The notes beneath the pieces are model-generated. The model saw only the letters and a program-made list of their open reading frames with translations. It did no database searches and was not told where the DNA came from. Below, in pieces: positions 38,701 to 47,705 of a stretch of DNA of 64,000 bases. Source of the DNA: Chloroflexota bacterium (lineage in GTDB: Bacteria > Chloroflexota > Anaerolineae > VGOG01); assembly GCA_030611885.1 (NCBI GenBank), contig JAUWOY010000007.1:19750-83749 (forward strand). The letters are read 5' to 3'. The number at the start of each line of letters is the position of its first letter. Positions within the stretch are counted from its first letter, which is position 1. A program made the position numbers and the translations under genes.

Positions 38701-39715
38701 ACCTCACTACGGCCTGTACCCCACCAGCATGTGGCTAGAGGGGGAGTTGGTCAGCGGCCGCTACGTCCTGCTCTTACCTGAGGGCGCCCCGCCCGGTGCA
38801 GACTATTCGCTGGAGGTCATTCTCTACGAGGTGGCCTCGCTGGCCCCCATCGGCACGGCGCAGGTATCCAATGTGACTCTGACGGAGCCAACCATCAAAG
38901 CCACCTATCCCGTGCTCCAGGAGTTTGATCAGTTGGCCCTGGTCGAATTGAGTCCGGTGACGGCGCAGATAGAGCAGGGGCAACCCTTGCTCGTGCAGGC
39001 CAAATGGGCCGCCACCGAGCACCCCACCCGCGATTACGCCTGCCGCCTATCTCTGAGAGATAAAAGTGGGACGACCATCCAGTCGCAGACCGCACCGATA
39101 GCCAGGAGCTACGCCACCTCCTTCTGGCCGGCCAACGCCATCGTGGCCAGCCGCTATCAGATGATGCTCGATCCCCTGCTGCCTCCGGGGCGCTACGATC
39201 TAGTCATAGCTGTGGACGACGCTCAGACGGACGAAGGCTGCGGGGAATTCGTTCTCCCGCTGGGCATTGAGATCAAGGGGAGAGAGCGCAGCTACGATAT
39301 ACCCGCCATGCAGGCTAGGCTGGACGTGAGCTTCGGCAGCCAGATGCGCCTTCTGGGCTATGATCTAAGTCGTGAGGAGGGGGAGCTGCGGCTGGGGCTG
39401 CACTGGCAAGCGCTGCAGCAAATGGAGGAAGATTACAGAGTCTTCGTCCACCTTTTCGATCCTGCTACAGAGGTGATCGTGGCCCAGGACGACGCCATGC
39501 CTCGTCAGAACCAGTATCCCACTTCCTGGTGGGCTGAGGGCGAGGTAGTCAGCGATGTGGTCATCATCTCCCTGAAGGACGTGCCCCCAGGCCGCTATCG
39601 CCTGGCCCTGGGCGTCTACAATCCGCGAACGATGGATCGCCTGGCGGCCGTCGGCCCTGAAGGCATCCCTGTCGCCGACAACCGAGTCATCTTGGATGAG
39701 GAGGTGCAAAATTGA
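35768..39715 (+). CDS. PTPS-related / YfhO-like polytopic membrane protein with large extracytoplasmic C-terminal region
   Basis: GGGDSPFLLVRLHQL...ARWMPDAAYGLGYPFFNFYASLPYY matches my recollection of the PF10131-type membrane domain. 1315 aa, open through at least five repeat insertions. Confidence 0.75.
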   Translation: MLSNIAEMKKKVTGLLLALSLSLIACLPLLMGGGPINTRGGGDSPFLLVRLHQLVSNLSAGVFPARWMPDAAYGLGYPFFNFYASLPYYIAALFKFWGFGFIWAIKLTQLLGFVAAAASMYLLAKRLFHREASVILAALAYTYAPYHLVNVYVRGDALSEFYAFIFYPLILWALLRLRDSLLNDQFLPRITRISPIYSSVGNITLVALAYGGLILTHNVSALIFTAFIGLWLIACSLSSTSNRRTAGSLGFRRVTVSESPTRWGCGAANPNKLGTPARYSCQFSKTRTAISYMLYAISGLGLGLAISAWFWLPALLEGKYAQLEHQTTGYLNYSNHFRGLDLVQPSLLFDYAIEAGQTPFAMGLAQAVLALLGTIVIVGWWIKRRRPEAQSAFLIAGLALATFLITPLSRPLWDNVPLLPFVQFPWRFLSVQAFFASLVIGYLGTCRGVGVPNLLGVRGNKPEQGFDRLNPTVRDSNALTCWLACVAGTVLLVTAMLGLKPEYLPIGEADITVERLMLYEYFTANVGTTIRHEYLPCWVVPRPYTSEVLLRSGEKPPPLAMGGEVKTAELLWRKPAAEGWVLDVTSPQASLAFHTYYFPGWRAYVDGQAREVRPVENLGYIGLDLDQGEHQVVLRLERTPLRALAEGLSLVAVVAVIGFLAASSKLKAQSSKLKFLAMTILLIGVNGLRTSDQHIADHPTTRPPDQGPSDQTMDFDRLPYLHHNSQGVNFGGVARLESYQLSADEVEAGETVEVVLHWDEVKSEGLEASVRLTSPAEYLFHTSADLAEDSVKIVQFSRERRLSRLIAQRRAVSKPSGSSGQTRSLGFDTPAATQPAFALLSGRELNSLEDSALLRAGTTRHRLKVPAEAVRGLYLISVRLRDEEGEIKPITERGETLGTTYLRPLRVRSQRWATGDEPTLATFGPGIVLSQVETEQKTPESLETRLTWRVVESVAANYGLALRLRDWDGQTLAALDTQPHYGLYPTSMWLEGELVSGRYVLLLPEGAPPGADYSLEVILYEVASLAPIGTAQVSNVTLTEPTIKATYPVLQEFDQLALVELSPVTAQIEQGQPLLVQAKWAATEHPTRDYACRLSLRDKSGTTIQSQTAPIARSYATSFWPANAIVASRYQMMLDPLLPPGRYDLVIAVDDAQTDEGCGEFVLPLGIEIKGRERSYDIPAMQARLDVSFGSQMRLLGYDLSREEGELRLGLHWQALQQMEEDYRVFVHLFDPATEVIVAQDDAMPRQNQYPTSWWAEGEVVSDVVIISLKDVPPGRYRLALGVYNPRTMDRLAAVGPEGIPVADNRVILDEEVQN
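36538..36594. repeat. intragenic palindromic element (family P3), 57 nt
   Basis: GGAGTCCCCAACTCGTTGGGGGTGCGGCGCGGCAAACCCCAACAAGTTGGGGACTCC. Length is 19 codons. Confidence 0.88.
37115..37195. repeat. intragenic palindromic element (family P3/P2 hybrid), 81 nt
   Basis: GGAGTCCCCAACTTGTTGGGGG...GTTTCGACAGGCTCAACCCGACGGTTCGGGACTCC. Length is 27 codons. Confidence 0.85.
37747..37788. repeat. heptanucleotide tract (AGCTCAA x6) inside the membrane protein gene
   Basis: agctgca agctcga agctcaa x4; 42 nt, encodes SSKLKAQSSKLKF. A second CGACCAC-type tract follows at about 37854-37905. Confidence 0.9.
38165..38275. repeat. intragenic palindromic element (family P2), 111 nt
   Basis: CGCCGGCTGAGTAGGC...AAGCGGGTcttctgggcaAACCCGCT...GGTTTCGATACGCCTGCGGCTACTCAACCGGCG. 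Length is 37 codons, translated as ...SLGFDTPAATQPAF. Confidence 0.88.
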
Positions 39716-42700
39716 GACCCCTGCGATTCCTGATCATATTGGCGATGATAACGGCAGTGTTAGCGATAGTTCCTACTCTTTCGTCTGCGGTCGAACCGGG
39801 AGACGTGTTGATAAATGAAGTGGCGTTCAAAGAATCGAACGATTGGATCGAATTCTATGTGCTGCAAACTGCCAACTACGAGGACTTCAGGATCTACGAA
39901 GGAACCAAGTTGGTAAAAGAGTTTCCCAAGATCACGGCTTCAGCCGGCGACTACATCGTCTTGCACTTCAACGATTCGACGAGCGATGAGAGTGATGCTA
40001 CTGGTGGCAAAGGCGCAAATGGCTATTGGGATATCTACACTGACGACCCAAGGCTAACGGGGACGGATAATGTAGTGAGAATCCAGAGGGCGGGAACCGA
40101 ATCCGTCCACGATACCATTGATGCCGTCATCTGGTCAAACAACAATGGTAATTTTACAGCCAACAAAAAGGTGGCCAACGACCTTGTTGCCGCCGGGCAT
40201 TGGAATACAGAAGCAGACTTTTCGAGCACTCGCGACAGCGATGCCTGGACGGACAGCGGCGACGTCAAGGCAGGCAAGTCAATAGGCCGGGATGCATCTT
40301 CCACTGACATTAACAGCAAGGCCGACTGGCATCTGTTCACCAGTCAAACTCCAGGCGCGGCCAATCCGACTATGGGTACCCCTGGGGATGTGCTGATCAA
40401 TGAGGCGGCGCCCAATGAGGACGAGGATTGTATCGAGTTCGTCAACGCCTCGGAGGAGAGCATCAACATCCAGTACTGGCTGGTGAGGAAACGGAGCACA
40501 GAAGTGAAAGTCTTCCCCGCCTATACGATAGCTCCGGACGAGTACATCGTCCTGCACTTCGATGGCGATCCAGCCGATGACGAGACCACGGTGGATACCA
40601 ACAGCAACGGTTATCGCGATTTCTATGCCGCTTACATCGGTTTAACATCCACGGATGACGTGATCATCCTGGAGGATGGGGCGAATACCATGATTGATAC
40701 TCTGGTCTTCGCCAATAACGACGGGACGTGGGCGAATCCCCAACAAAATGCATTTAACAGCATAGTGGACGCAGGTTATTGGGAGGGCACGCCTGACGGT
40801 GGGGCAACAATAAACGAGGCCGAAAGCGCCGATTGGAGCGAGGGAGGTGAAGGCAAGTCCCTGGGCAGAGACAGTTCCTCCACCGACACCAATGCCAAAG
40901 CCGACTGGCATGTGTTCACCAGTCACACCCCTGGAGAAGCCAATCCTGTCCTGGGCAACCCCGGCGATGTCCTGATCAATGAAGTGGCGCCCAGCGATGC
41001 CGAGGACTGGATCGAGTTCCGCAATATGTCAGGCGAGGGCCTAAACATCCAGTACTGGCTCGTGAGGGAACGAAGCACGGTGGTGAAGACTTTTCCAGCT
41101 TACATTGCAGATCCTGGGGAGTATTTTGTCCTCAACTTCGACGGCGATCCAGCCGACGACGAAATCGCAGGGGATTCCAACGGCAACGGCTATCGTGACT
41201 TCTACACTGCCGACAGCGGCCTCACGGGCACGGACAATGTGATCATCCTGGAGGATGGGGCCAGCACCATGATTGACGCCCTGGCGTATGCCAACAATAA
41301 TGGGACGTGGGCGGGCGCGCAGCAGACGGCCTTTAACAACGTAGTCGAAGCCGGCCACTGGGAAGGCACAGTGGATGGGGGAGCAACGGTAAACGAGCCT
41401 GAGTGCGCTGATTGGAGCAATGGGGCCAAAGGTAAGTCTTTGGGTAGAGGTGCGAGGTCTAAAGATGCGGGCCGTAAGAACGACTGGTATCTGGCACTCT
41501 CAACCAAAGGCAAGGTCAATCCAGGCTGGCCCCACTCCGTGACCGTGACGGCGGAGCCCGCCAGCATCCCTGCGGGCGGCATCTCCGTCTCTACCATCAG
41601 CGCTGAAGTCACGGATGTTAGCAACAAGCCCGTGGCCGATGGGACGACGGTCGTTTTTGCTACCGACCTGGGCACTCTGAGCAATATCACTGCCGAGATC
41701 GTTGATGGAATAGCCGCGGTGATGCTGAGGGCCGGCACTGTACCGGGAAAAGCCACGGTGACGGCCACGTCCCTCAGAAGAGTCTCCGGCCAGGTCAGTG
41801 TCCAGTTCACTTTCATACCCACCCAAATCGGTGCCCGCATCCCGTTGCCCGCTGTTGATAACGAGCGCGGCTGGGAGACCCTGATCCAGGTGCAGAACGC
41901 GGGTGATGAAAGCACCGGGGCGATCGTGTTCTTCTGGGGGGAGTACTCAGGCCAGTGCCCGGACAACGATCCAGGCCCGGCAGGAGTTGCTTGTATGATG
42001 ATCCCTAAGAACGCTGTCTGCACCCTGAGGTCTCAGATCCCCGACCTGGCAAGGTCAGCGATAGTCTACTCGGTGAATAAGGACCGCTTTGACAGGGCCT
42101 GTAAAAAAGCTGCTCGTGCTGTGGACAATAGCAGCAAGTGGAAGAAATGGGAGGATGATTATGAGGACACTGGCCAGCCGGTGGCGGTGATAGTCCAGCG
42201 CCACGGGCCTAACGACTATGACACCGTGGTTTCGAGTGCCTACGCTGGCATCGCCGAAGACATGGAAGGGAGCGAGCCTCCCTATCAATATTTTGCGCCC
42301 TACGCCATGAGGCGGTATTACAACCTGGATACAGAGGTGATTATCCAAAACTCCGGCCAGAGGTGCACCTCGGTGTGGCTCCACTATCAAAAGCAAGGAG
42401 GGGGTTGCAGCTTCAGCCATGCGGAGCACATCGAGCAGTTGGCGCCAGGGGAATCCGTGCGGAAAAGGGTGCCGGAGGCGCTGGGTGTCGGCTGGCTGGG
42501 TTCGGTCTACGTCACGGCCAACGAGCCTCTGGCCATCATCGTGGATCAGGCCAGCTTCCCGCCGTCGGTGGATCGGGGCGTGCTGCTGACCTACGAAGCC
42601 CGGCCCTACAAGCTCACCACGGACACGCTCTTCTATGCCGACCTGGTCTTCCGCGAGCTGAGCGGCTGGGAAGCCAGCATCCAGGTGCAGAACCTGACCC

Positions 42701-43392
42701 AGGAATCCCTGCCCGCTTTCGTGACCGTCGAATTCTTCGACCAGAGCGGCGATTCTATCCTTTTCCTGGGCGACTGGGTATGTCCTGCTGGAGGGGCTAC
42801 TTTCTACCTGCCGGCCATCGCCGGCCTGGGGGTCGAATACGCTGGGGCAGCGGTGATCCAATCGCACCGCCAGGTGGGCTATCCCAGCGGTGAGGAGACC
42901 GACGGCCAGCCCATCTTCGCGGTGGTTGATCTCAAGAAAGCACTCCAGGATCGGGAGGACGCCCAGGGAGGCAGCTACAATGCTCACGCCGAGAGCGAGA
43001 ACATGGGAGCCAGCGCTATCATGCTTCCCTTTTTGGCCAGGGATCATCAAGGCGTGACCTCTCTGATCGCCGTCCGCAACAGTTCCAACTGCAACGACGT
43101 AAAGCTCAAGCTAGAGATCAGAGACGAGACGGGGGCCGTCGTTAGCTTGGTGGGCCACTTCTGGCTGCGCGCTGGGCACGTCAAGCTCATAGACCTGGCC
43201 AACGTGGGCAGCATTGTGCCTGGCTTCGTTGGCGCGGGGATAGCAGAGGTCACCGACGTGCAACAACTGTGCGACACGGACGGCGATGGAGATGTGGATC
43301 AGTCACCAACCATGCCTTCTGTGGTGGTGGTGAACGAGGGTGCTGGCCCTGGTGACGTCACCTCGGTATACGAGGGCATTCCCATGAGGTAG
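39712..43392 (+). CDS. secreted giant protein: 3 x lamin-tail-domain repeats, Big-like Ig domain, C-terminal four-module domain
   Basis: TTG start overlapping the upstream stop; signal peptide. Three PGDVLINE[VA]AP...DWIEF LTD signatures and a Big_1-like segment (VTVTAEPASIPAGG...). C-terminal ~520 aa is paralogous to 47706..53210 and 53443..55038. Confidence 0.85.
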   Translation: MRPLRFLIILAMITAVLAIVPTLSSAVEPGDVLINEVAFKESNDWIEFYVLQTANYEDFRIYEGTKLVKEFPKITASAGDYIVLHFNDSTSDESDATGGKGANGYWDIYTDDPRLTGTDNVVRIQRAGTESVHDTIDAVIWSNNNGNFTANKKVANDLVAAGHWNTEADFSSTRDSDAWTDSGDVKAGKSIGRDASSTDINSKADWHLFTSQTPGAANPTMGTPGDVLINEAAPNEDEDCIEFVNASEESINIQYWLVRKRSTEVKVFPAYTIAPDEYIVLHFDGDPADDETTVDTNSNGYRDFYAAYIGLTSTDDVIILEDGANTMIDTLVFANNDGTWANPQQNAFNSIVDAGYWEGTPDGGATINEAESADWSEGGEGKSLGRDSSSTDTNAKADWHVFTSHTPGEANPVLGNPGDVLINEVAPSDAEDWIEFRNMSGEGLNIQYWLVRERSTVVKTFPAYIADPGEYFVLNFDGDPADDEIAGDSNGNGYRDFYTADSGLTGTDNVIILEDGASTMIDALAYANNNGTWAGAQQTAFNNVVEAGHWEGTVDGGATVNEPECADWSNGAKGKSLGRGARSKDAGRKNDWYLALSTKGKVNPGWPHSVTVTAEPASIPAGGISVSTISAEVTDVSNKPVADGTTVVFATDLGTLSNITAEIVDGIAAVMLRAGTVPGKATVTATSLRRVSGQVSVQFTFIPTQIGARIPLPAVDNERGWETLIQVQNAGDESTGAIVFFWGEYSGQCPDNDPGPAGVACMMIPKNAVCTLRSQIPDLARSAIVYSVNKDRFDRACKKAARAVDNSSKWKKWEDDYEDTGQPVAVIVQRHGPNDYDTVVSSAYAGIAEDMEGSEPPYQYFAPYAMRRYYNLDTEVIIQNSGQRCTSVWLHYQKQGGGCSFSHAEHIEQLAPGESVRKRVPEALGVGWLGSVYVTANEPLAIIVDQASFPPSVDRGVLLTYEARPYKLTTDTLFYADLVFRELSGWEASIQVQNLTQESLPAFVTVEFFDQSGDSILFLGDWVCPAGGATFYLPAIAGLGVEYAGAAVIQSHRQVGYPSGEETDGQPIFAVVDLKKALQDREDAQGGSYNAHAESENMGASAIMLPFLARDHQGVTSLIAVRNSSNCNDVKLKLEIRDETGAVVSLVGHFWLRAGHVKLIDLANVGSIVPGFVGAGIAEVTDVQQLCDTDGDGDVDQSPTMPSVVVVNEGAGPGDVTSVYEGIPMR

Positions 43393-43704
43393 TAGCCCGT
43401 CGCATCCCGCGTTGAACGTCTCAGAATTTCATTCGCAGTCCAGCAGAGCGGAAGAGAGCTCTGAACCGCCCACCCCTGGCGGGCATTGGACATAAGAAAC
43501 CTTAAAATATTCAAAACTGGTGCTGGCAGGCCGTATCTAAAACGGACTTTTTACGTTATAATAGGTAGAGTTGGTCGCAAAGTACCTCTGTGTCGCTTGC
43601 CGGGGGGGAGCGAGCGAGATGCCCCATAACTGCCTCTACTCAAGCTTTGCAATATCTATAACGGACCACGCAACTACGCGGCGGCCGTTTTTTCCTGTCT
43701 GCTT

Positions 43705-43753
43705 GACGCCGGTTCGTGAGGGGTGAAGGATTCACCCTGGGAACCGGCGTTTT
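43705..43753 (+). terminator. candidate intrinsic terminator / structured element in the long intergenic region
   Basis: ACGCCGGTTC...(inner GGGTGAAggaTTCACCC)...GAACCGGCGT followed by TTTTA. Confidence 0.4.
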
Positions 43754-43966
43754 ACGTGGACCCTGACTCGCTGGCGGCCAGGAACCATACTCGGAGCGGG
43801 CATCTGCGGCCAAGGCCGGTCCCCCCCGAACGGCCTTGGCCTGCATCCCCCCGATGTGCCGTTCTGAGCACGCATGAAGGGGGGAGATCAGTGCCGTAAA
43901 TAAGTGACCATTCTGTTACTCTGTTAGCTCTGGGTAGCAGGATTGGACTGCACAAGGAGGTTCTCA

Positions 43967-45841
43967 ATGAGTCAGATTATGCGCCACAATCGTTGGATGC
44001 TCGTCCTGGTTGCGGTTCTTTTCGCTGGCTTCCTGTCAGCCGTGCTGATAGGTCCCCTTGGCACTCTTCAGCCCGCCCCGGTCGGGGCTCAGACCTCTCG
44101 CATGTCCTCCTCTCCGGAGAACGTCACCGGAGACGATGCGGTCAACGCAGCGGGCTTGAACGCAGCACCCACATTTAACTGCGAGAACACCAACTTCGAC
44201 TTTAAGGGGGGCGTCTACGGCGACACGATCCTCAATCCGGGGGACGATGGCGCGAACGCAGCGTTCCGGCTACCTGAGGGCATTGATACCTCCTCCGTCA
44301 TTGACTTTCAGCCGATGATCACCCTCATGGATGGATGGCAGTTCTTTGGCTCATGGCAACTGCTCGGCACACAGGCTCGCCACGCGGATATAGCTGGAAT
44401 GTGGTACCTCATCTCGCCCCGCATCAATCTCTTTGACGTCTCACAACCCATCACGCTCACCTTTGAATACGACCTGGACCAGGACGCTATTCGAGGCTGG
44501 GTTGAGATTTCTATCAATGGGAGCGGCTGGGTTGATCTGTATCCTGGCCCAGGCCAGTCATTGGAGAAGGGCAGTGGGAAGAAGGCAGAAGTCAGTTTGT
44601 CTGACTATGCCTTTTCGATCATCCAGCTCCGGTGGGGGCTGGAGACCACTTGTCAGTGCGGGGATTCGAAAGTTTGTGGTGACTGCACCAATCATTTTGT
44701 GGTTAAGAACGTGGAGATCAAAGGAGGCATCGGTGCCGAGGATGGCATGGGGATGGAGGAACTGGAGCACCGCCTGTACATCGCCGATACGGGCAACCAT
44801 CGTGTCCAGATCTTCGAGTATGAGTCCGATGGGTCTACGCTGACATTCAAGGGATTCACGTTGACACCCGATGACAAGCCCGGATCCTACGGGGACGGCG
44901 ACGGCGAATTCCACCTGCCCGAAGACGTAGTCGTGGGACCCGACGCCGTGGTCTACGTGGCCGACACCGGCAACCACCGCATTGAGTACTTCGACGCGGA
45001 TGGCAACTTCCTGGGACAGTTTGGAAGCTACGGCGACGTGATCCTTAGTCAGGGAGACCCTGCCGAGGACGCGGAGTTCAACTCGCCCAGCGGCGTGGCC
45101 GCCAGCGCCTGGCACCTCATCTCGTCATTCGAAAATGGACCCGATGCGGACTACTTCTTCCTGTACGTGGCCGACACGGGTAATCACCGCGTTCAGAGGT
45201 TTAAGATCGAGAAAAATGGTGGGACGCCTAAGTATGATGGTGAGTGGGGCTACTATGGGGATGCAGACGGCGAGTTCAACTCGCCGGAAGGCATTGACAT
45301 AGACCCCATTGAGACCCCTGAGGATCTCGGCTTGGGGGCCCCTATCCCCTGCGAGCTCGAGAACTGGGAGGCCCGCGTCTACGTGGCAGATACCAACAAT
45401 CACCGGGTGCAGTCCTTCAGCCTGCAGGGCGACTTCAAGGCCAAAATTGGCAGCTACGGTGATGCCATCCCATCGCAGGGGGCTACAACGGGAGTCGAGT
45501 TCAACTCGCCCCAGGACGTCGGTGTTGGCATCCGTCTGGAGGGCATGCTGGGCTTCGTCCAGGGATGTGCTTCCCGGCTGGTTGACCTCCATGTCGCCGA
45601 TACCGGGAATCATCGCATCATGTACCTGCTCCGGCAAGAAGACGCGGATGATCATGAGTTCCAAAACCAGTTTGGTCGCTATGGCGACGAAGACGGACAG
45701 TTCAACTCTCTAGCCGGCATCGCCGCTGATCGTCTCCACCCGGATGACGTCGGTCTGGAAAGCGATATCTTCACCACCGACACGTGGAATCACCGCTACC
45801 AGCGCTCCAGTCGCCAGGTCGGTGGCGGGATGCTTCCTTAG
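43967..45841 (+). CDS. NHL-repeat beta-propeller protein with N-terminal signal/anchor and a jelly-roll-like domain
   Basis: Six ADTGNHR[VI]Q-type NHL blades. AAGGAGG precedes ATG 43967, and the tracked TTG at 43943 is less likely. Confidence 0.85.
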   Translation: MSQIMRHNRWMLVLVAVLFAGFLSAVLIGPLGTLQPAPVGAQTSRMSSSPENVTGDDAVNAAGLNAAPTFNCENTNFDFKGGVYGDTILNPGDDGANAAFRLPEGIDTSSVIDFQPMITLMDGWQFFGSWQLLGTQARHADIAGMWYLISPRINLFDVSQPITLTFEYDLDQDAIRGWVEISINGSGWVDLYPGPGQSLEKGSGKKAEVSLSDYAFSIIQLRWGLETTCQCGDSKVCGDCTNHFVVKNVEIKGGIGAEDGMGMEELEHRLYIADTGNHRVQIFEYESDGSTLTFKGFTLTPDDKPGSYGDGDGEFHLPEDVVVGPDAVVYVADTGNHRIEYFDADGNFLGQFGSYGDVILSQGDPAEDAEFNSPSGVAASAWHLISSFENGPDADYFFLYVADTGNHRVQRFKIEKNGGTPKYDGEWGYYGDADGEFNSPEGIDIDPIETPEDLGLGAPIPCELENWEARVYVADTNNHRVQSFSLQGDFKAKIGSYGDAIPSQGATTGVEFNSPQDVGVGIRLEGMLGFVQGCASRLVDLHVADTGNHRIMYLLRQEDADDHEFQNQFGRYGDEDGQFNSLAGIAADRLHPDDVGLESDIFTTDTWNHRYQRSSRQVGGGMLP

Positions 45842-45849
45842 CAACTTGA

Positions 45850-47658
45850 ATGGACAGGAAAATGAAACATAAACGCAACTACAACAAGGCCCGGTTGGGC
45901 CACACTTGCGCCAAAGGATTGTATCTGTTTCTTCTCGCTGCGCTGATGGCCGGGTTGGTGCTGAGCGGGGGGCCGGGGTCGGTGCCAGTAGCCTATGCGG
46001 CCGGCTTTCTGGTCAACAACTACGGCGACGATGTTGACTGTAACCCGGGCGACGGCATATGCGAGACTGTGCCATTTAATGGCCAATGCACGCTGCGGGC
46101 GGCCATTATGGAGGCTAACGTCTGGCCCGGTTCCGACGCCATCGATCTCCCGCCCGGCACCTACCTTCTGACCCGTGCCGGTGCTGGCGAGGATCAAGCC
46201 GATACCGGCGATCTGGACATCACCGACGGTCTGACCATCACCGGCGCGGGCGCAGCTGCCACAATTGTTGACGGTGTCACCCTCGACCGGGTTTTTGACA
46301 TCTTGCTTGGTGCTACCTTGAATATCTCCGGTGTGACGATCCAGAACGGGGATACTACAGGGGATATCACCGTAGTGGGGGGCGGTATCAAGGGCATCGG
46401 CGGCGGCATCAGAAATCAAGGTGCGCTGACTCTGACTAACGTCAACGTTCAAAACAACACGGCCACCTTCGATGCCGGTGGTGGCATTGCCAATCAAGGC
46501 ACTCTTGTGGTGATTGGCGGCACCATGAGCGGCAACTCGGCGCGTGACGCTGGCGGCGGTATCTTCAATCTCGGCACGGCAACGTTGAACAATGTCACCG
46601 TCAGTGACAACACTGTGGAACGCCGGGGCGGCGGCATCGCCACCCTCGGCTCACTGACGCTGACTGGCAGCACCGTCAGCGGCAACACCGCCAATCGGCA
46701 AGGTGGCGGCATCTTCAGCGAGGGCATACTGGTGATCAACACCAGTACCATAAACGACAACACTATCAATGTGCCAGGTTCCTTCGGTGGCGGCATCTAT
46801 AACGTCGGTCTGTTGACCATGGACCAGAGCACCATCCGCGATAACACAGCCCGCAAGGGCGGCGGCGGGCTCCTCCATTCCAGCACTGCTAACGCCACGC
46901 TGACCGACAGCACCATCAGCGGCAACATCGTCTCCCTGCAAGGCATGGGCGGCGGTGGCATCTACAACCGCGGGCCTATGTCGCTCACCAACGTCACCAT
47001 CAGTGGTAATGAAGCCTCCGCCGGGTACGGAGCGGCCATCCGCAACAATGCCGGCTCCAACCTGGAGGTAACCTTCACCACTATCTATACCAATACTGGT
47101 ATTAACAGCATCCACAACCTGGGTACTGCCACATTCAAGAACACGATCGTTGCGGGGGGCACCGGCGTAAGTGAGAAGGTCGTCGTCACCTCCGAGGGCT
47201 ACAACCTGGAAAGCGCCAATAGCTGTGGCTTCACGAAGCCGGGCGACCTGATCAACATTACCGATCCGCGCCTTGGCTCGCTGGCTGATAACGGAGGTCC
47301 TACCCTGACCCACGGCTTGTACTCCGACAGCCCGGCCCTTGACCAGATTCCGGCGGGGACCAACGGTTGTGGCACCACAGTAACCAATGACCAGCGCGGT
47401 GTGGTCCGCCCCAAAAATCTATTGTGTGACATCGGAGCCTTTGAAGATCCCATAACTGCCGTCCTGGAGACGGGATGTTATGATTTCGATGGAGATGGGG
47501 AGGTAGGCGTCGCCGACATCATGCTGGTAGCCAGCCGCTGGAACAGCTCGGTGGGCGATGACAACTACGAGCCTCACTTTGACGTGGACGAGGACGGGCG
47601 CATCACCGTAGTGGATATCATGCAGGTGGCTGCTCAGTGGGGCCAGCTCTGCCCCTGA
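45850..47658 (+). CDS. CSLREA-domain right-handed beta-helix protein with choice-of-anchor-Q-like region and C-terminal dockerin-like repeats
   Basis: CTLRAAIMEAN motif; repeated GGGI.N.G.L.. PMP-like turns; DNGGPTLTH...DQRG...CDIGAFE. Two D.DGDG/D.DEDG calcium-loop repeats at the C-terminus. Confidence 0.82.
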   Translation: MDRKMKHKRNYNKARLGHTCAKGLYLFLLAALMAGLVLSGGPGSVPVAYAAGFLVNNYGDDVDCNPGDGICETVPFNGQCTLRAAIMEANVWPGSDAIDLPPGTYLLTRAGAGEDQADTGDLDITDGLTITGAGAAATIVDGVTLDRVFDILLGATLNISGVTIQNGDTTGDITVVGGGIKGIGGGIRNQGALTLTNVNVQNNTATFDAGGGIANQGTLVVIGGTMSGNSARDAGGGIFNLGTATLNNVTVSDNTVERRGGGIATLGSLTLTGSTVSGNTANRQGGGIFSEGILVINTSTINDNTINVPGSFGGGIYNVGLLTMDQSTIRDNTARKGGGGLLHSSTANATLTDSTISGNIVSLQGMGGGGIYNRGPMSLTNVTISGNEASAGYGAAIRNNAGSNLEVTFTTIYTNTGINSIHNLGTATFKNTIVAGGTGVSEKVVVTSEGYNLESANSCGFTKPGDLINITDPRLGSLADNGGPTLTHGLYSDSPALDQIPAGTNGCGTTVTNDQRGVVRPKNLLCDIGAFEDPITAVLETGCYDFDGDGEVGVADIMLVASRWNSSVGDDNYEPHFDVDEDGRITVVDIMQVAAQWGQLCP

Positions 47659-47705
47659 TAGAGGTCTGCCACCCTCAAAGCTAATAGCAAAAGGAGGTTA
47701 GCTAG

